Source of the DNA: Scyliorhinus canicula
Taxonomy: Eukaryota
Reading direction: 5' to 3'
Length of the DNA: 64,000 bases
Assembly: GCF_902713615.1 (NCBI RefSeq)
Contig: NC_052158.1
Coordinates: forward strand, 106,776,540-106,840,539
The notes under the pieces were generated by a model. That model saw nothing but the letters and a program-made list of their open reading frames with translations, did not search any database and had not been told where the DNA came from. Shown here piece after piece: positions 9,600 through 22,232 of the stretch. Both the position numbers and the translations under genes were made by a program. The first letter of the stretch is position 1; every line of letters starts with the position of its first letter.

Positions 9600-12500
9600 T
9601 TTTTTTTAAAAGTATTTTTATTGAAGCTTTTTATTGAAGCTCCCCCACTTCAGAGCGCTGCTTCTGCTGACGTTTTAATTTCCCCCGAGAAAGTCGACGA
9701 ACGGCTGCCACCTACGGGAGAACCCCAGCATTGACCCCCCTCAAGGAAAACTTTATTTTCTCCAACTTGAGAAACCCAGCCATGTCACTGACCCAGGTCT
9801 CCACACTCGGGGGGCTTCGAGTCCCTCCACATTAACAGGATCCGTCTCCGGGCTACCAGTGAGGCGAAGGTCAGGACATCGGCCTCTTTCACTCCCTGAA
9901 CTCCCGGGTCTTCTGACACCCCAAAGATTGCTATCTCCGGACTCGGCACCACCTGCATACCTAGAAACTTGGACATTACCTTGGCAAACCCCTGCCAGAA
10001 TCCACCAAGCTTCGGGCATGCCCAAAGCTTGCCCGAGTGGTCATGGTTTGCCGGGCTTCCTGCACATCTCACACATCTATCTTCTACCCCGAAAACTTTG
10101 CTCATCCTCGCCGCCGTCATGTGTGCCTGGTGTACCACCTTAAACTGTAGTAGACTGAGCCAGGCACATGATGAGGAGGAATTAACCCTGCTGAGGGCGT
10201 CCGCCCACAGACCCGGCTCTAACTCCCCACCCAACTCATCCTCCCACTTTCCCTTCAGTTCCTCCACCAGGGTCTCCTCCGCCTCCAACAACTCCTGATA
10301 GATATCTGACACTTTCCCCTCCCCCACCCAGGTACCGGGCATTACTCTGTCCTGTATCCCTCGATGGCGGGATCAGCGGGAAAGCCCAACACCTGTTTCC
10401 TCAGAAAGTCCCGGAATTGTAAATATCTAAAACCATTCCCTTGAACTTGAACTTGTCCTCCAGCGCCTTCAGGCCGGGGAAGCTCCCGTCAATGAATAGA
10501 TCCCCCATCCGTCTAATTCCTGCTCTCTACCAACTTCGGAACCTGCCATTTATCCTGCCCGGCGCGAACCTGTGGTTGTTGCAAATAGGGGTCCAAACTG
10601 ACGCATCCTCCACCTTCTTATACCTCCTCCATTGATCCTCAGTGCCACCACCACCACCGGGCTGGTGGAGTAACGGGCCGGTGAGAACGGCAGAGGTGCC
10701 GTTACCAGTGCTCCCAAACTGGTGCCTTTGCATGATGCCGCCTTCATCCGTTCCCATGCCGACCCCTCCCCCATTACCTACTTCCTAATCATCGCTATAT
10801 TCGCCGCCCAGTAGTAGTTGCAGAAATACCAGTAGGTGCCTGGTAGAGAAATCGCACCCAGTCGATGAAGCCCTCACCAAACCCAAACTTTCCCAGCGTC
10901 TCCCAAAGATATTCCCATTCCACCTGATCAAAAGCCTTCTCCGCATCCATCGCAACCACCACCTCCGCCTCCTCTCCTTCTGAGGGCATCATAATTACAT
11001 TTAAAAGCCTCCGGACGTTAGCATTGAGCTGTCTCCCTTAATGAATCCGGTTTGGTCCTCCCCTATCACCCCCGGGACAAAATCTTCTATCCTAGTGGCC
11101 AAAATCTCAGCCAGCAGCTTGGCATCTACATTCAAAAGCGAGATCGGCCCTTATGACCCACATTGCTCTGGATCTTTTTCTCGTTTAGGGATGAGCATAA
11201 TCGAGGCCTGTGACATCATTGGGGGGAGGATTCCCCTCTCTTTAGCCTCATTAAAGGTCCTCATCAGCAGCGGGCGCAACACCTCTGAGAACTTCTTATA
11301 AAATTCTACCGAGTAACTGTCTGGTCCAGGAGCCTTGCCCGACTGCATGCCCTCCAGTCCTTTAACAATTTCCTCTGCTTCAATCGGGGCCCCCAGCCCC
11401 TCGATCACGTCCTCCTCCACCCTCGGAAACCTTAACTGATCCAGGAACGGCCTCATCCCTTCTACACCAGGCGGGGGTTCCGACTCATATAGTTTGCTAT
11501 AAATTCTTTTAAAACGTCGTTACCCCCCCTGGGTCCAAGACCATGTTACCCTCCCTATTCCATACTCCCCCAATCTCCCTAGCCGCTTCTCTCTTCCTAA
11601 GCTGGTGCGCCAACATCCTGGTCGGCTTTTCCCCATATTCGTAAACCGCCCGCCTTGCCCTCCTCAACTGCTCCACCGCCCTCCCCATGGTCAACAACTG
11701 AAACTCTGCGTGTAGTTTCCACCGCTCCCTCAAGAGCCCAGCGTCCAGGGCCTCCGCAGATCTCCTACCACTCGAAGTATCTCCTCCACTAATCTCTCCC
11801 TCTCTGCTCGTTCCACCTTTTCTCCAAGGGACCGAATCGAAATTAGTTCCCCTCTTACAACTGCTTTCAGAGCCTCCCAAACCACCGCTGCCGATACCTC
11901 AGGCCTCCTTCCAGACCTTGATTTTGACCGGTCCAGATCGGGATCAATGATCGTGTTAAAGTCTCCCCCCCCCCCCCCCCCAAGCCATGAGACTCTAGGT
12001 CCGGGATCTTGTCTAACACCCGTCTCATAAATCCCACATCATCCCAGTTCGGAGTGTATACATTTACAAGCACCACCTGTACACCCTCCAGCTTCCCACT
12101 CACCATAATATATCTACCCCCGCCCCCCCCCTTATCTGCCACAATTGTTCCAGCCTCAAACGCCATCCGCTTACTGATCAATATCGCTACCACCCCCCCC
12201 CCCCCCCCGTCTTTGAGTCCAACCCAGACTGAAACACCCGACCAACCCACCCCTTTCTCAGACTCGTCTGATCAATAATCTTTAGATGTGTCTTCTGAAG
12301 CATTGCTACGTCTGCCCTCAGCCCCTTTAAATGCGCGAAAACGCGAACCCTTTTGACCGGCCCATTCAAACCCCTCACATTCCACGTAATCAGCCTGCAT
12401 GGGGGTGGGCTTTCACCCCCCCCACCCCCACCCCCCCTTGCCGACTAGCCATAACCTTTTTATGGCCAGCCCAGAGATCCCCGCTTCCCCGAGCTCCCCC

Positions 12501-12950
12501 ACAACCAGCAACCGCCCCAACCTCCCTTTTGTTCCCCGAGAATAGTTCCTCCCCTGTCAGCGAAGCAGCCTCCCCCTTCCCCCCCCACCCCCCACCCACA
12601 CCAGCCCCCAAAACCTAATCCCCCAAGTCAAGCACCATTTTAGCACATATGCACCCCCCACCACACTTCCGAGAGTCAGCTGACCCATGCTGACCCCGAC
12701 AGCCCCGCCCTTGGTGCCAAACAGTCTGGCTCCCTATTGTTCGAACCCCTCTCCCGACATGCATAAACCATTTAAAAAACATTGTGGTCCCAGTAAGTAA
12801 ACAACCTCAAGGAAAAGAAATTAATATAAACCAATGCAGAAACAAGCGCTTGAAACCAGACCCAGCCTACCACAGAATTGCGGCCCCCCTCCCCCCTCCG
12901 CATCCAATCTCTGTAACAAAAAGCACCCTCAAACCACCACCTGTGCCCAT
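9600..12950 (-). mobile_element. L1-clade (fish-type L1/Tx1-like) LINE ORF2 remnant with internal deletions
   Basis: APE start WNVRGLNGPVKR..LQKTHL, VNVYTPN; RT GKAPGPDSYSVEFYKKF, DAEKAFDQVEW; C-terminal CVRC..NH..LWACP. 5' boundary approximate. Confidence 0.9.
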
Positions 12951-12959
12951 ATGCAATAA

Positions 12960-14115
12960 AACCTGGCCAACATTCAGGCTCAGGCTGATATGTGGCATGA
13001 ATGTTACTTGCTATTTAAGTGCCAGTCAATGACCATCTCCAACAAGAGAGAGTCTAACCATCTCTTCTTGATGTTAAATAGCTATACGATTACTGAATGC
13101 TATCAACATTCTCAGGGTTACCATTCACCAGAAACTGAATTGGACCAGTCATATAAATACTGAGGCTACAAGAGCAGGTCAGAGACTGGGAATGCTGTGG
13201 AGAGTAACTCATCTCCTGGCTCCCCAAAGATTGTCCCAGGATGGCATGGTTGCACAGCAGTTAGCACTGCTGCCTCACAGCACCAGGGTCACAGGTTCAA
13301 TTCTGGCCTTTGGTGACTGTGTGGAGTTTATACTTTCTCCCTGTGTCTTTGTGGGTTTCCTCTCGATGCTCCAGTTTTCTCCCACAGTCCAAAGAAGTGC
13401 AGGTTAGGTGGATTGGCCATGCTAAATTGTCCCTTAGTGTCCAAAGATGGACAGCTAAGGTGGGGTTATGAGGTCACAGGCATAGGATGGGGGAGTAGGG
13501 TGCTCTTTCAGAGGGTCAGTGCAAACTCGACGGGCTGAATGGCTCTCTTCTGCATTGCAGGAATTCTATGGTTCTATCTACAAGGCACAAGTCTGGGATT
13601 TGATGGAATACTCTCCACTAGCCTTGATGAGTGCAGCCCCAACAACACTCAAGAAGTTGAACACCATCCAGGATAAAGCCATCCACTTGATTGGCATCCC
13701 ATCCTGCACCTTAAAAACTTAACTCCCTCCACCACGGCCACACAGTGGCAGCAGTGTGTACCATGCATATGATGCACTGCAGCAACTCACTAAACTTCAT
13801 TTGACAGCACCTTCCAAACCCACGACTTCTGCTACCTAGAAGGCCAAGCAGATACATGGAAGCATCACCACCTGCAACTGTCCCTTCAATACACACACTA
13901 CCCTGACTTCAAAATATATTATTGTTCCTTCACTGTCACTGGGTCAAACTCCTGGAACTCCCTCCCTAACAGCACTGTAGATATACCTACACTCAGGGAC
14001 TGCAGCAGTTTAAGAAGACAACTCACCTTCATCTTATTAACGGCAATTAAGGTTGGGCAATAAATGCTGGCCTAGTCAGCGAAGCCCACATCCCATGAAT
14101 GAATACAAAAAAAAT
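12960..14115 (+). mobile_element. CR1/L2-type LINE 3' fragment, interrupted by an HE1 SINE
   Basis: KCQSMTISNKRESNH.., IYKAQV..MEYSPLA.MSAAPTTLKKLNTIQDKA. Tail gggcaataaatgctggcctagtcagcgaagcccacatcccatgaatgaat. Confidence 0.85.
13239..13575 (+). mobile_element. HE1-like SINE, long variant
   Basis: tRNA-like head, V-domain and HER1-like tail ...ttctgcattgcaggaattctatggttctat. Confidence 0.85.
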
Positions 14116-14199
14116 TCTTACCTTTTCTTAAATGTTGAAATAGACTCTGTGACAATATGTATATTGTAACAATATAGAAGGGTTAACAATTTAACATTT

Positions 14200-14548
14200 A
14201 CCACCCCCCCCCCCCCCCCCCCCACCATTTGACCTGGGCTTGTGAAATCCTACCAACTGTCCCCTGGCTTGAGACAATTCACACCTCTTTAACCTGTGAT
14301 TATCGCTCTCTCTAGTTGCACAGTCTGGACATGTAAAGACTTAATTACCTGCAAAGACTCGCATTCAAAGTATCATCTTGCATCATTGACTTTGTCTAAA
14401 TATGAGTTTGTGGAACCCACCTCTTCACTCACCTAATGAAGGAGCTGCACTCCGAAAGCTAGTGACTCCAAACCTGTTGGACTTTAACCTGGTATTGTAA
14501 GACTTCTTACTGTGCCCACCCCAGTCCATCGCCAGCATCCCCACCTCA
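14200..14548 (+). mobile_element. Penelope-like element 3'/pLTR fragment
   Basis: Shares gaaggagc..ctccgaaagctagtg..tgttggactttaacctggt..taagacttcttactg with 63221-63340. Flanking repeat taacaattta. Confidence 0.75.
14429..14465 (+). ncRNA. Minimal type-I hammerhead ribozyme motif (core mutated to CTAATGA)
   Basis: tcac-ctaatga-aggagctgcactcc-gaaa-gcta-gtga. Confidence 0.6.
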
Positions 14549-14574
14549 TAACAATTTACTGTAACTGCATCCAA

Positions 14575-14588
14575 CCACTAGATGGCGA
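14575..14588 (+). promoter_or_regulatory. CTCF-like core motif in solo LTR
   Basis: CCACTAGATGGCGA matches CCASYAGRKGGCR. Similar CCACTAGGGGGAG at 3833 and 8216. Confidence 0.45.
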
Positions 14589-15117
14589 TGAAGCTCATAC
14601 ATGTGAATCACGTGATACCCTTGATTCGGAAAGAAGGTTGTTAGGCAAGGTAGAGAACAGGCATGTTAACAGGAGCTCTGAATTAGAATCATAGTTTTAG
14701 TGAACCTGCAATCTTTTATATCTAAGCAAGCAAGTCAAATCTATTTAGTTGTAGTGCCAATAAATTAGCTTTGTTCAACACTTAGCTTGATGTTCTTTGT
14801 GAGACACTACACTTCGAAGCCATCTGCATTCAGAAATCAAAGAACATCACAGACTCTACTTCAATAAATAATTCTAGTAAAGCCTCGAGAGCTTTACCGC
14901 ATTTAAGAAAAACATTTTTGCCCGTTTTCTCTCCTAAATGTGTTACATTTAATAATTTTCCTGTGTGCCTTCATTCTAGATTCCCCACATTTACCTTCAG
15001 CCATACAGTTTATAATTTTGAATACAAATATCACATCACCCCGTACACAAAGACATGTCCAATTTTTAACATTTATCTTTGTATTTCTCCATCTCATACT
15101 CAACTATAACCCCTCTT

Positions 15118-15461
15118 GGGCAGCACGGTAGCATTGTGGATTGCACAATTGCTTCACAGCTCCAGGGTCCCAGGTTCAATTCCGGCTTGGGTCACTGTCT
15201 GTGCGGAGTCTGCACATCCTCCCCGTGTGTGCGTGGGTTTCCTCCGGGTGCTCCGGTTTCCTCCCACAGTCCAAAGATGTGCAGGTTAGGTGGATTGGCC
15301 ATGATAAATTGCCCTTAGTGTCCAAAATTGCCCTTAGTGTTGGGTGGGGTTAGGGTTATGGGGATGGGGTGGAGGTGTTGACCTTGGGTAGGGTGCTCTT
15401 TCCAAGAGCCGGTGCAGACTTGATGGGCCGAATGGCTTCCTTCTGCACTATAAATCCTATG
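15118..15461 (+). mobile_element. HE1-like SINE, long variant, full length
   Basis: Complete head, V-domain and tail. Flanking repeat ataacc(c/t)ctctt. Near-identical to 50493-50840 on the minus strand. Confidence 0.92.
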
Positions 15462-15792
15462 ATAACCTCTCTTGCATTACCTTCCTATCAAATGTTGAAT
15501 GGTGAATACTGAGTTATTATTAAGATTTAAAAGTCATTTCATTTTGACTTTTATATTACATGCCTGGGCACAGTCCAGGCAGAAGTTTCATGAATACGTG
15601 AAAATTATTATGCAAAGAAAATACCCAATAATGGCATTTCAACTGTCTCTCGAAAAAGATGTCCCTGTATGCATCGCAGTCAGTATAATTTAGTGAGATG
15701 AAGAGGAGTTTCTTTAAGATAAGGTCAAAGCTTACTTTAGTGGGTGCAGGAAATAAAGGCGTGCTTCTATAGATCCTGCAAGAAAAGATTGA

Positions 15793-16910
15793 GGGCATGA
15801 TCTAACCCCCCCAAAAAGATTCAGTTCTGGGTGGGATTAGAGGGGCCATTCTCGGCGCTTGTAGCGGCTGGATCTACCCCGTTTCTAATGGCACTTTGGG
15901 TTTTTTTTGGTGGCCCGTGGCAAGCCTCCCCTCCCCACCCTCCCCCGGGCAACACTCAGTCGCATTTCCAGCACTGAGGAGCTTCGCCCGCCAGAGCAGG
16001 AAGAGACCGAGATGCTATTTTTAAATGGCGCCTCAGTCGCTCAACCCTCAAATGCCCCGACTTATGTATAAGTGAATCCCCGAGCACCCCGCACTACACC
16101 ACACACACACAGGGCACTGTGCGTCCGATCCCCAGTGCTGACAAAATTCCAGCTTGTCGACTTGGGCACCTTGGCAATGCCAGGCTGGTGCTCTGTTGAC
16201 ACTGCCAGCGTGCTCAAGTGGCACTTCCAGGGTGCCAGGCTGGGAGTGCCAAAGTGCTCAGATGACACCAGCAATGTCAGGGTGCCATCATGCCCAGAGG
16301 CCAACCAGCTAGGGGCTTTGATCGCCTGGGAGAACCCCCCTAATGTTGGCAGAGATCGGGATGCCATTTTTAAATGGAGCCCCTATTACTCCCGGACCAT
16401 CCCCAGTACAGACAAAATATCAGCTTGGCACCTTGGGCACCCTGGCAGTACCTGGCTGGCATCCAGGTGGCATTGCCAGGCTGCTCAGGTGGCACTTCCA
16501 GGGTGTCAGTGTCATGTCAAAGTGCCCGTGGCAACAGCTGTGTCAGGGTGTCACTCTGCCCAGAGGCTGACCACCCAGGTTGGTGAATTAGGATCCCGAT
16601 CACCTGGGAGATCGCCAGTGCCGGCACAATTGTTTTCCGTTTGTGGTCCTCGCCTAAGGCCTCTGAGGCAAAGGGATTAGATGCCAAAGCCTTGGGTGAT
16701 CAGTCGAGTGCATATCCAAGTAAGACTAGCCGCTGACTTTATATGTAGATTTGCCAAATACGGATCCCACCCACAGTGGGCAGGATCCAGATCGTAAAGA
16801 CTCGCAAGATCCCGTTAGATTTAGGCATGGTAAGTCTGGTAAATCCCGCAAGAGGCCTCTTGCAGATTTACCAGCCACATGGTGCCCCAGTTTCAGCATG
16901 ATTTCACCCT
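15793..16910. mobile_element. Degenerate GC-rich non-autonomous DNA element (Harbinger-like MITE)
   Basis: gggcatgatct... and ...atgatttcaccc termini. Internal ggcac/tgcca repeats. Similar to 18021-18846. Confidence 0.5.
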
Positions 16911-17707
16911 GAGCCTCTGTTGACTTGTGCTCACCGTGTCTTTCCAGCCACGAAGGAGAAACAAGCTCTCCTCTGCTACCCCAATACCTTCCTTCCCAAC
17001 ATTCCAAACTCTGCATTTACTTTTCTGCACCCACAAAGGAAAGTTGTTGACTTATCTTGGAAAGCCTCCCCCTCTTGACATCATGTTTCACAAGCTGGGA
17101 CACTCACGTTAACATCCTGCTCAGGTGGTGGTTTAAATTCCAATGGGAATTCTCCAAAGGTGATCAGCTGCTTTTGGGTGGAATCTTCTCCACTTTAAAA
17201 TAATCAAGGGGGCCAGACATTATTTTGGGTACTGACTCTGCATTTGCTGTCAGGATCTCCGCCTTGGAGATCTTCCCACAAGCGGGAAATTAAGAGGCGT
17301 GCTCCTGAAGCTGCAGGCACAAACGGAGGGCCCACCATTGGAAAGACGGCAGCATCATTGGCCGACATCAATACTGCCACTGCAGGATGGGAACAGCAAG
17401 GAGACTCCACTTTGAGGTACCTTCTGAAAAGGTTTGAATGGTGTATGTTTGATGCCTACTTCCCCTCCCACACAGCCAAAACCACTCCCAATGTGGTTGA
17501 CTCCAATATGGCCGAGCAAGCCACTCACTCATTCTATTAGTGATGGGCAACAAATACTGGCCCAGTCAAACTGGAATCAAACCCGGATCGCTGGCACTGT
17601 AAAGCAACGGTGCTAACCACTGTGCTACTGTGCCACCCCGGTGACACCCACATTCCATGACTGAATAAAACAAAAATTAAAATCCCCCATTCTGGAACCT
17701 TGCTGCA

Positions 17708-17925
17708 GAGGAGGCGGTGGCATAGAGGTGTTGTCACTGGACTAGTAAACCAGAGGCCCAGAGTAATGCTCTGGGGACCCAGGTTCAAATCCCACCACGG
17801 CAGATCATGAAATTTGAATTCAGTAAATGTCGGGAATTTATTTTAAAAAGTTTAATGGTGACCATGAAATCTGGAAATAAAATAAAAAGTCTAATGATGG
17901 CCATGAAACCATTTTCGATTGTTGG
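17708..17925 (+). mobile_element. SINE family B, 5' half
   Basis: gaggaggcggtggcatagagg..ggttcaaatcccaccacggcag..aaatttgaattc. Confidence 0.7.
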
Positions 17926-18020
17926 AGATAATTGGTTTATTAAAGGAAAACAGTATACTCAGAATCAATCCTTTTAATCTAAAGTAATGACTCCTGCACC
18001 CATATGCTATGAAAAATATT

Positions 18021-18846
18021 GGGCGCGATCTACCCGAATGGGAACAGAGTTCCGTAGCAAGCGCATTTAACTGTGTATTTTCTGGTGCTCACAGCGCTAA
18101 GAAACACCACGCCTATTCAACACCTATTCAAGTAGGTACAGGGCCTCAGCGGGGAACACCCCGACAAGGCCGTATTTAGTCCCATTTTCTGCACTGAGGA
18201 ATTCCACTTGCCGGAGCCCTTTATGCAGAATGAGATCACTCGACCCCTTGACGCAACTCCTAAAATGCCCCAAAGCCCTTCAGGGGTCCTGAGGCACCCC
18301 ACATCCCACTCGGGCACCCCGGACCTGGTCCACAGCATGGTGAAAATGTCAGCTTTGCACCCTGGCACTGCCAATCTGGCACCCTGGCAGTGCCCTTGCC
18401 AGCTGTCAGTACCACCTCAACACCTTGATAGTGCCAGGGTGCCAGTGCCAAGGTTCCCAGGTGGCACCAGCAGTGGCAGGGTGTCACCCTTCCCAGAGGG
18501 CAAGCACCTGGAGGCCTACGATCTCCTGGGAGACGCCCACAAGTGCCATTCCATCTGGTCCCCATTTATGGAAACCAGGGCTCGCACGAGATCTTCAAAG
18601 CGAGGGGGTTAGATCCCACACCTTGAGTAGATCGTGGGAGTACATATTAGACTGAGATAGCTGTCTCACTCTAATAGGCAGATTTGCTAAAATGTGATCC
18701 CGCTCACAATGGCAGGGTTCACATTGCAACAGCTCGTGTATCGTGTTAGATCTTGCAAGATGTGGCGAGCCGGGTAGACCTCAAAAGAGGGATCTCCCAG
18801 CATCCCAGTGGCTTTGCACTGCCTTTCGGGCCGGTAGATATTGGCC
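18021..18846. mobile_element. Harbinger-like MITE
   Basis: Imperfect TIRs gggcgcgatctacc and ggtagatattggcc. Confidence 0.55.
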
Positions 18847-19979
18847 ACTGTTTCTAATTTCCCCGATCGGAAGAAAGAATGTGTAGCAGTCTGTGTGAGA
18901 AAGTCATCTGTTGGTAACTGAATGGAAGAGATCACTCTGGTGCCTCAACCAATATGTTGAACAGAAAGTGAAAAATTAGGTATTGGAAATGAAGCCAAGT
19001 GAAATAGAAATATTGGAATGTAAGAAATCTTACAGGTGACCTGCCTCTTACCCCCAATAGCCCTCTTTTTTGTTACAAGTTCCAAATGTAGGCAAACACA
19101 GCAAATACTGATGGGTTACTTTGGTGAAAAGGTGGGAACTGGCATTAAATTAGTGCTGTATTAATAAGCCATGCCTGTTTGAAAGTCTGATTTTAGCACA
19201 AAACGTTAGTCCTAACTGCTGATTACCACGTGTCTGAAGGTGTGACAGCGACCCCTGCAGGTTTGGCAATCCAGCACTAGTTTGATGTAATTTTTGTTGA
19301 GTATTTTATGTGATTAGTTTTAGTGTGAAGTATGCTGGCTGACACACAGCAACACATTTTAGGATGGTTCAGGGACTCAGTGAGAGATTGCTCAGGTTCT
19401 TGGATGCAATACTGCAGGTCCTGATAGAGGAGATCTAGAGGAGAAGAGGTACCCAATAGGGACATGGGCATTCAAACCCCCTGCAGCAGCTGGTGCTGCT
19501 CTGCCCAGCTTCATCTCCTCCTTTTATTCTTCCTGAATACCAGCAAAGATTCCTGGCTATCTGCCACTGAACATTCGCTTCTTCCTGGCCACCTTCATAA
19601 GGAGCAGCTCAGCACTTACTCTTTCTAGCTGCTCTCCGAGAATTTCCAGAATAAATGATGAATTGGTGATAAAGCATACCACAAAGGCTCTCGATAGGCG
19701 CTATTCTCCTAAATAATTTCTAAGTTAATTTATGGCGGGTTTTTCCAAAGAATTTTCTGCTGACTCTGCCATCAGCTCCACGCCGCTATTTAATGACACT
19801 TGTCACTTTTTTGGGTCCTGGGGAGTTTCTCACCGGTTTCGCCCACACTTAGAATTTCTTTTAGCACTGGGGAGCTGAACTCTGACATCGGGCCGCCATT
19901 TTGAAAGGGTGCCCCGATCTCTTAAGTTAGCTTGTGGGTCCCTCCCATCCATGGGCAATGTCACCCCCCCACACACATG

Positions 19980-20595
19980 GGGTGGGATTTTCCGATAATG
20001 GGGCGAAGTGTTAATGCCGTCGTAAACGCCGGAGCATTTTACGATGGATTCATCTGGCCGCTAGGAGCAGTGATCCTGCGCCGCACAAGGGACCATCACG
20101 GCACTGAAGGGCTTTGCGCGGTTCCAGCTGCCGATTCTGGCACCAGCCTGGGCGACGTGGGTCCACGCATGCGTGGTGTAGATCCGCGTATGCACTTGGA
20201 TTGCCATCTCTGCGCCGGCCCCTGGGCAACATGGCGGAGCCCTCCTGCGGCCCGGCGCGGAGGAACATAGGCCCCACTGGTCAATCTGTAGGCCCCGATC
20301 GCGGGCCTTGCCACTGTGGAGGACCCCCCTAGAGTTGGATCGTCCCTCCCCCACACCAGGACGGCCCCCGCAGCCAGAACGCCGAGGTCCTGCCGGTTAG
20401 GACCACACACATTCGGCCCGTCCGCCGGGCGGCTGCACCCCGTCCGTGCCACGGCGACTGCATCAGCACCAGTGGCGCGTTTCATCCGGTCTCCGGAGAA
20501 TCGTCGGAGCGGCGTCACGGGTTTCACGCCCCCCCCCCCCCCCCCCCCCCCCCGGGCGAATCTCCGACCCAGTGTGGGGTCGGAGAATCCCGCCC
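19980..20595. mobile_element. PIF/Harbinger-type MITE, nested in an older element
   Basis: TIRs gggtgggattttccg and cggagaatcccgccc with 3-bp TSD ATG. Confidence 0.88.
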
Positions 20596-21799
20596 ATGGA
20601 CTCCAGTAAATCACGCAAGGCACGGAGGCTATCATGAGGCTCGTTGCAGGCCTCTCCTGGTATTCTCTGGCCACGTTGTGCTCTCGCTTGAGCGCAAAGC
20701 CCTCCCTGAGCAAAGTCTCAATACACTGCATTAAGTTTAAGGAGGACGTATTCTCTTTGAGATCCCATTACATATTGGAAATTAGGATGAATTGCTGGCG
20801 GCAAATTATATATTTTATGTTCCGCTCCACATTTTGCTGCAGTGTTGATTGTTGCTGATTACACATATTCCAAGTATTTGGTAAAAATTGCCCCCAGAAA
20901 ATCCAGCTGTGCTCAGGATGATATTCCGCATTAGAACAATATCAATTCTCTGGAATGATATAGCTGCCTCGCATTAGCAATTGAAAATATGCATTTGCCT
21001 CACCTAGCATAAATCTACATTTTACTGCAAGAAAAATGCATTCAGAAGGTACTGATCTGAGTTTCTATGTATATATCTATTAGAAGTTATCCCCTATTTC
21101 TCCTGTCTTCTTTAATGGTGCTAATGGATGCTGAGCACTTAGTTTCATCTTATCTCAGATAGAGTGTGTCAGTCGGCCATATAGTGATGAAGCTCATTGC
21201 AGCTAAACCTGACCCTGTGTTCAACCAATGTTCACTTCCACACTTCCCATCAGGGAATTATTAAAGAGCAGTCAACAGTAGGAATCCTGATTGATTTCCT
21301 CGCATAGTCCCTCTCATCTGGAGCACCAGGGTTGGTTTTCTCTTTCCCCCCAAGACCATGGAATTGACTGAGATGTGCAAATTGGATACAGATTTAAAAT
21401 TGTTCCTCACATGTATACAGTAATCTTGCAATTACAGATCTCTCACTTCTCATTTCTGAATAGTTCCTTTCACTTTCTGATTGGCCTTGTGCAGTTTGTG
21501 ATGGAAGCAAAGCTCATTTCTGGTTTCATGCATGAATGTCTGCCTTATAGCTTTTTTTCCTGTAAAGTATGAGGTCATTATGCTATGAATTTAATACTGA
21601 CTTCAGCCAACCTGCTTTTGGAAGTGCATATGGGTTGTCTGGCCTGGACTGTAACTTTAGCAGGCCTTGAACTCTAGCTATAATTTTATTCCTTTGAAGA
21701 ACGATAATTATCCTATTTGTAAATTATAATCAGACTAAAATAGTTTCTATTGGCTGATATGTACAAAAGAAGATAAAATAAAGACTGTTCATTTTTTCC

Positions 21800-21970
21800 G
21801 ATGAAATGAAAATCGCTTATTGTCACGAGTAGGCTTCAATGAAGTTACTGTGAAAAGCCCCTAGTCGCCACATTCCGGCGCCTGTTTGGGGAGGCTGTTA
21901 CGGGAATCGAACCGTGCTGCTGGTCTGCTTTCAAAGCCAGCGATTTAGCCCAGTGAGCTAAACCAGCCCC
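21800..21970 (-). mobile_element. Short tRNA-derived SINE (family C)
   Basis: Minus strand ggggctggtttagctcactgggc..ggttcgattccc..gactaggggcttttcacagtaacttca..gtgacaataagcgattttcatttca. Further copies at ~31985, 34729 and 54191. Confidence 0.85.
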
Positions 21971-22232
21971 AGTAGACTTCTTCTAAACTGAGTCCAGGTA
22001 TCTATTGTTTAATTATCTGAGTAAAACAAACAAAGCATGTCAATTATCCTTTCAGATTGTATGTACGGCACCTTGCATCACTGTCTCCTTGATTCTATAT
22101 CCTGAGGCCTGTTAATCGGAAATATGCCCTGCAAATTGTCTGATACATCTTCAGTTGATTTTCATAGGTGTCTAAACACAATGTGTTGACCCTCTTTCAA
22201 AAGGTAGGACCATTTGCCTCGCCCACATCAAT

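Larger units (their letters stand above)
2887..9600 (-). mobile_element. Rex1/Babar-type LINE copy 1 (decayed), split by the Gypsy insertion and cut off by L1 at ~9600
   Basis: Minus-strand RT motifs [35 protein letters not shown]-terminal LLPSGKRY..FFPTAIRLLN, and a microsatellite-like (aaatc/aaatt)n 3' tail. Confidence 0.9.
14148..14851 (+). mobile_element. Solo LTR containing a Penelope insertion
   Basis: tgtgac...catcaca termini with 5-bp TSD GACTC (14143-14147, 14852-14856). AATAAA near 14759. Confidence 0.75.

Noticed and set aside
15118-15190. tRNA genes at SINE heads
   Set aside because: The A and B boxes continue into SINE bodies and no complete cloverleaf is evident.
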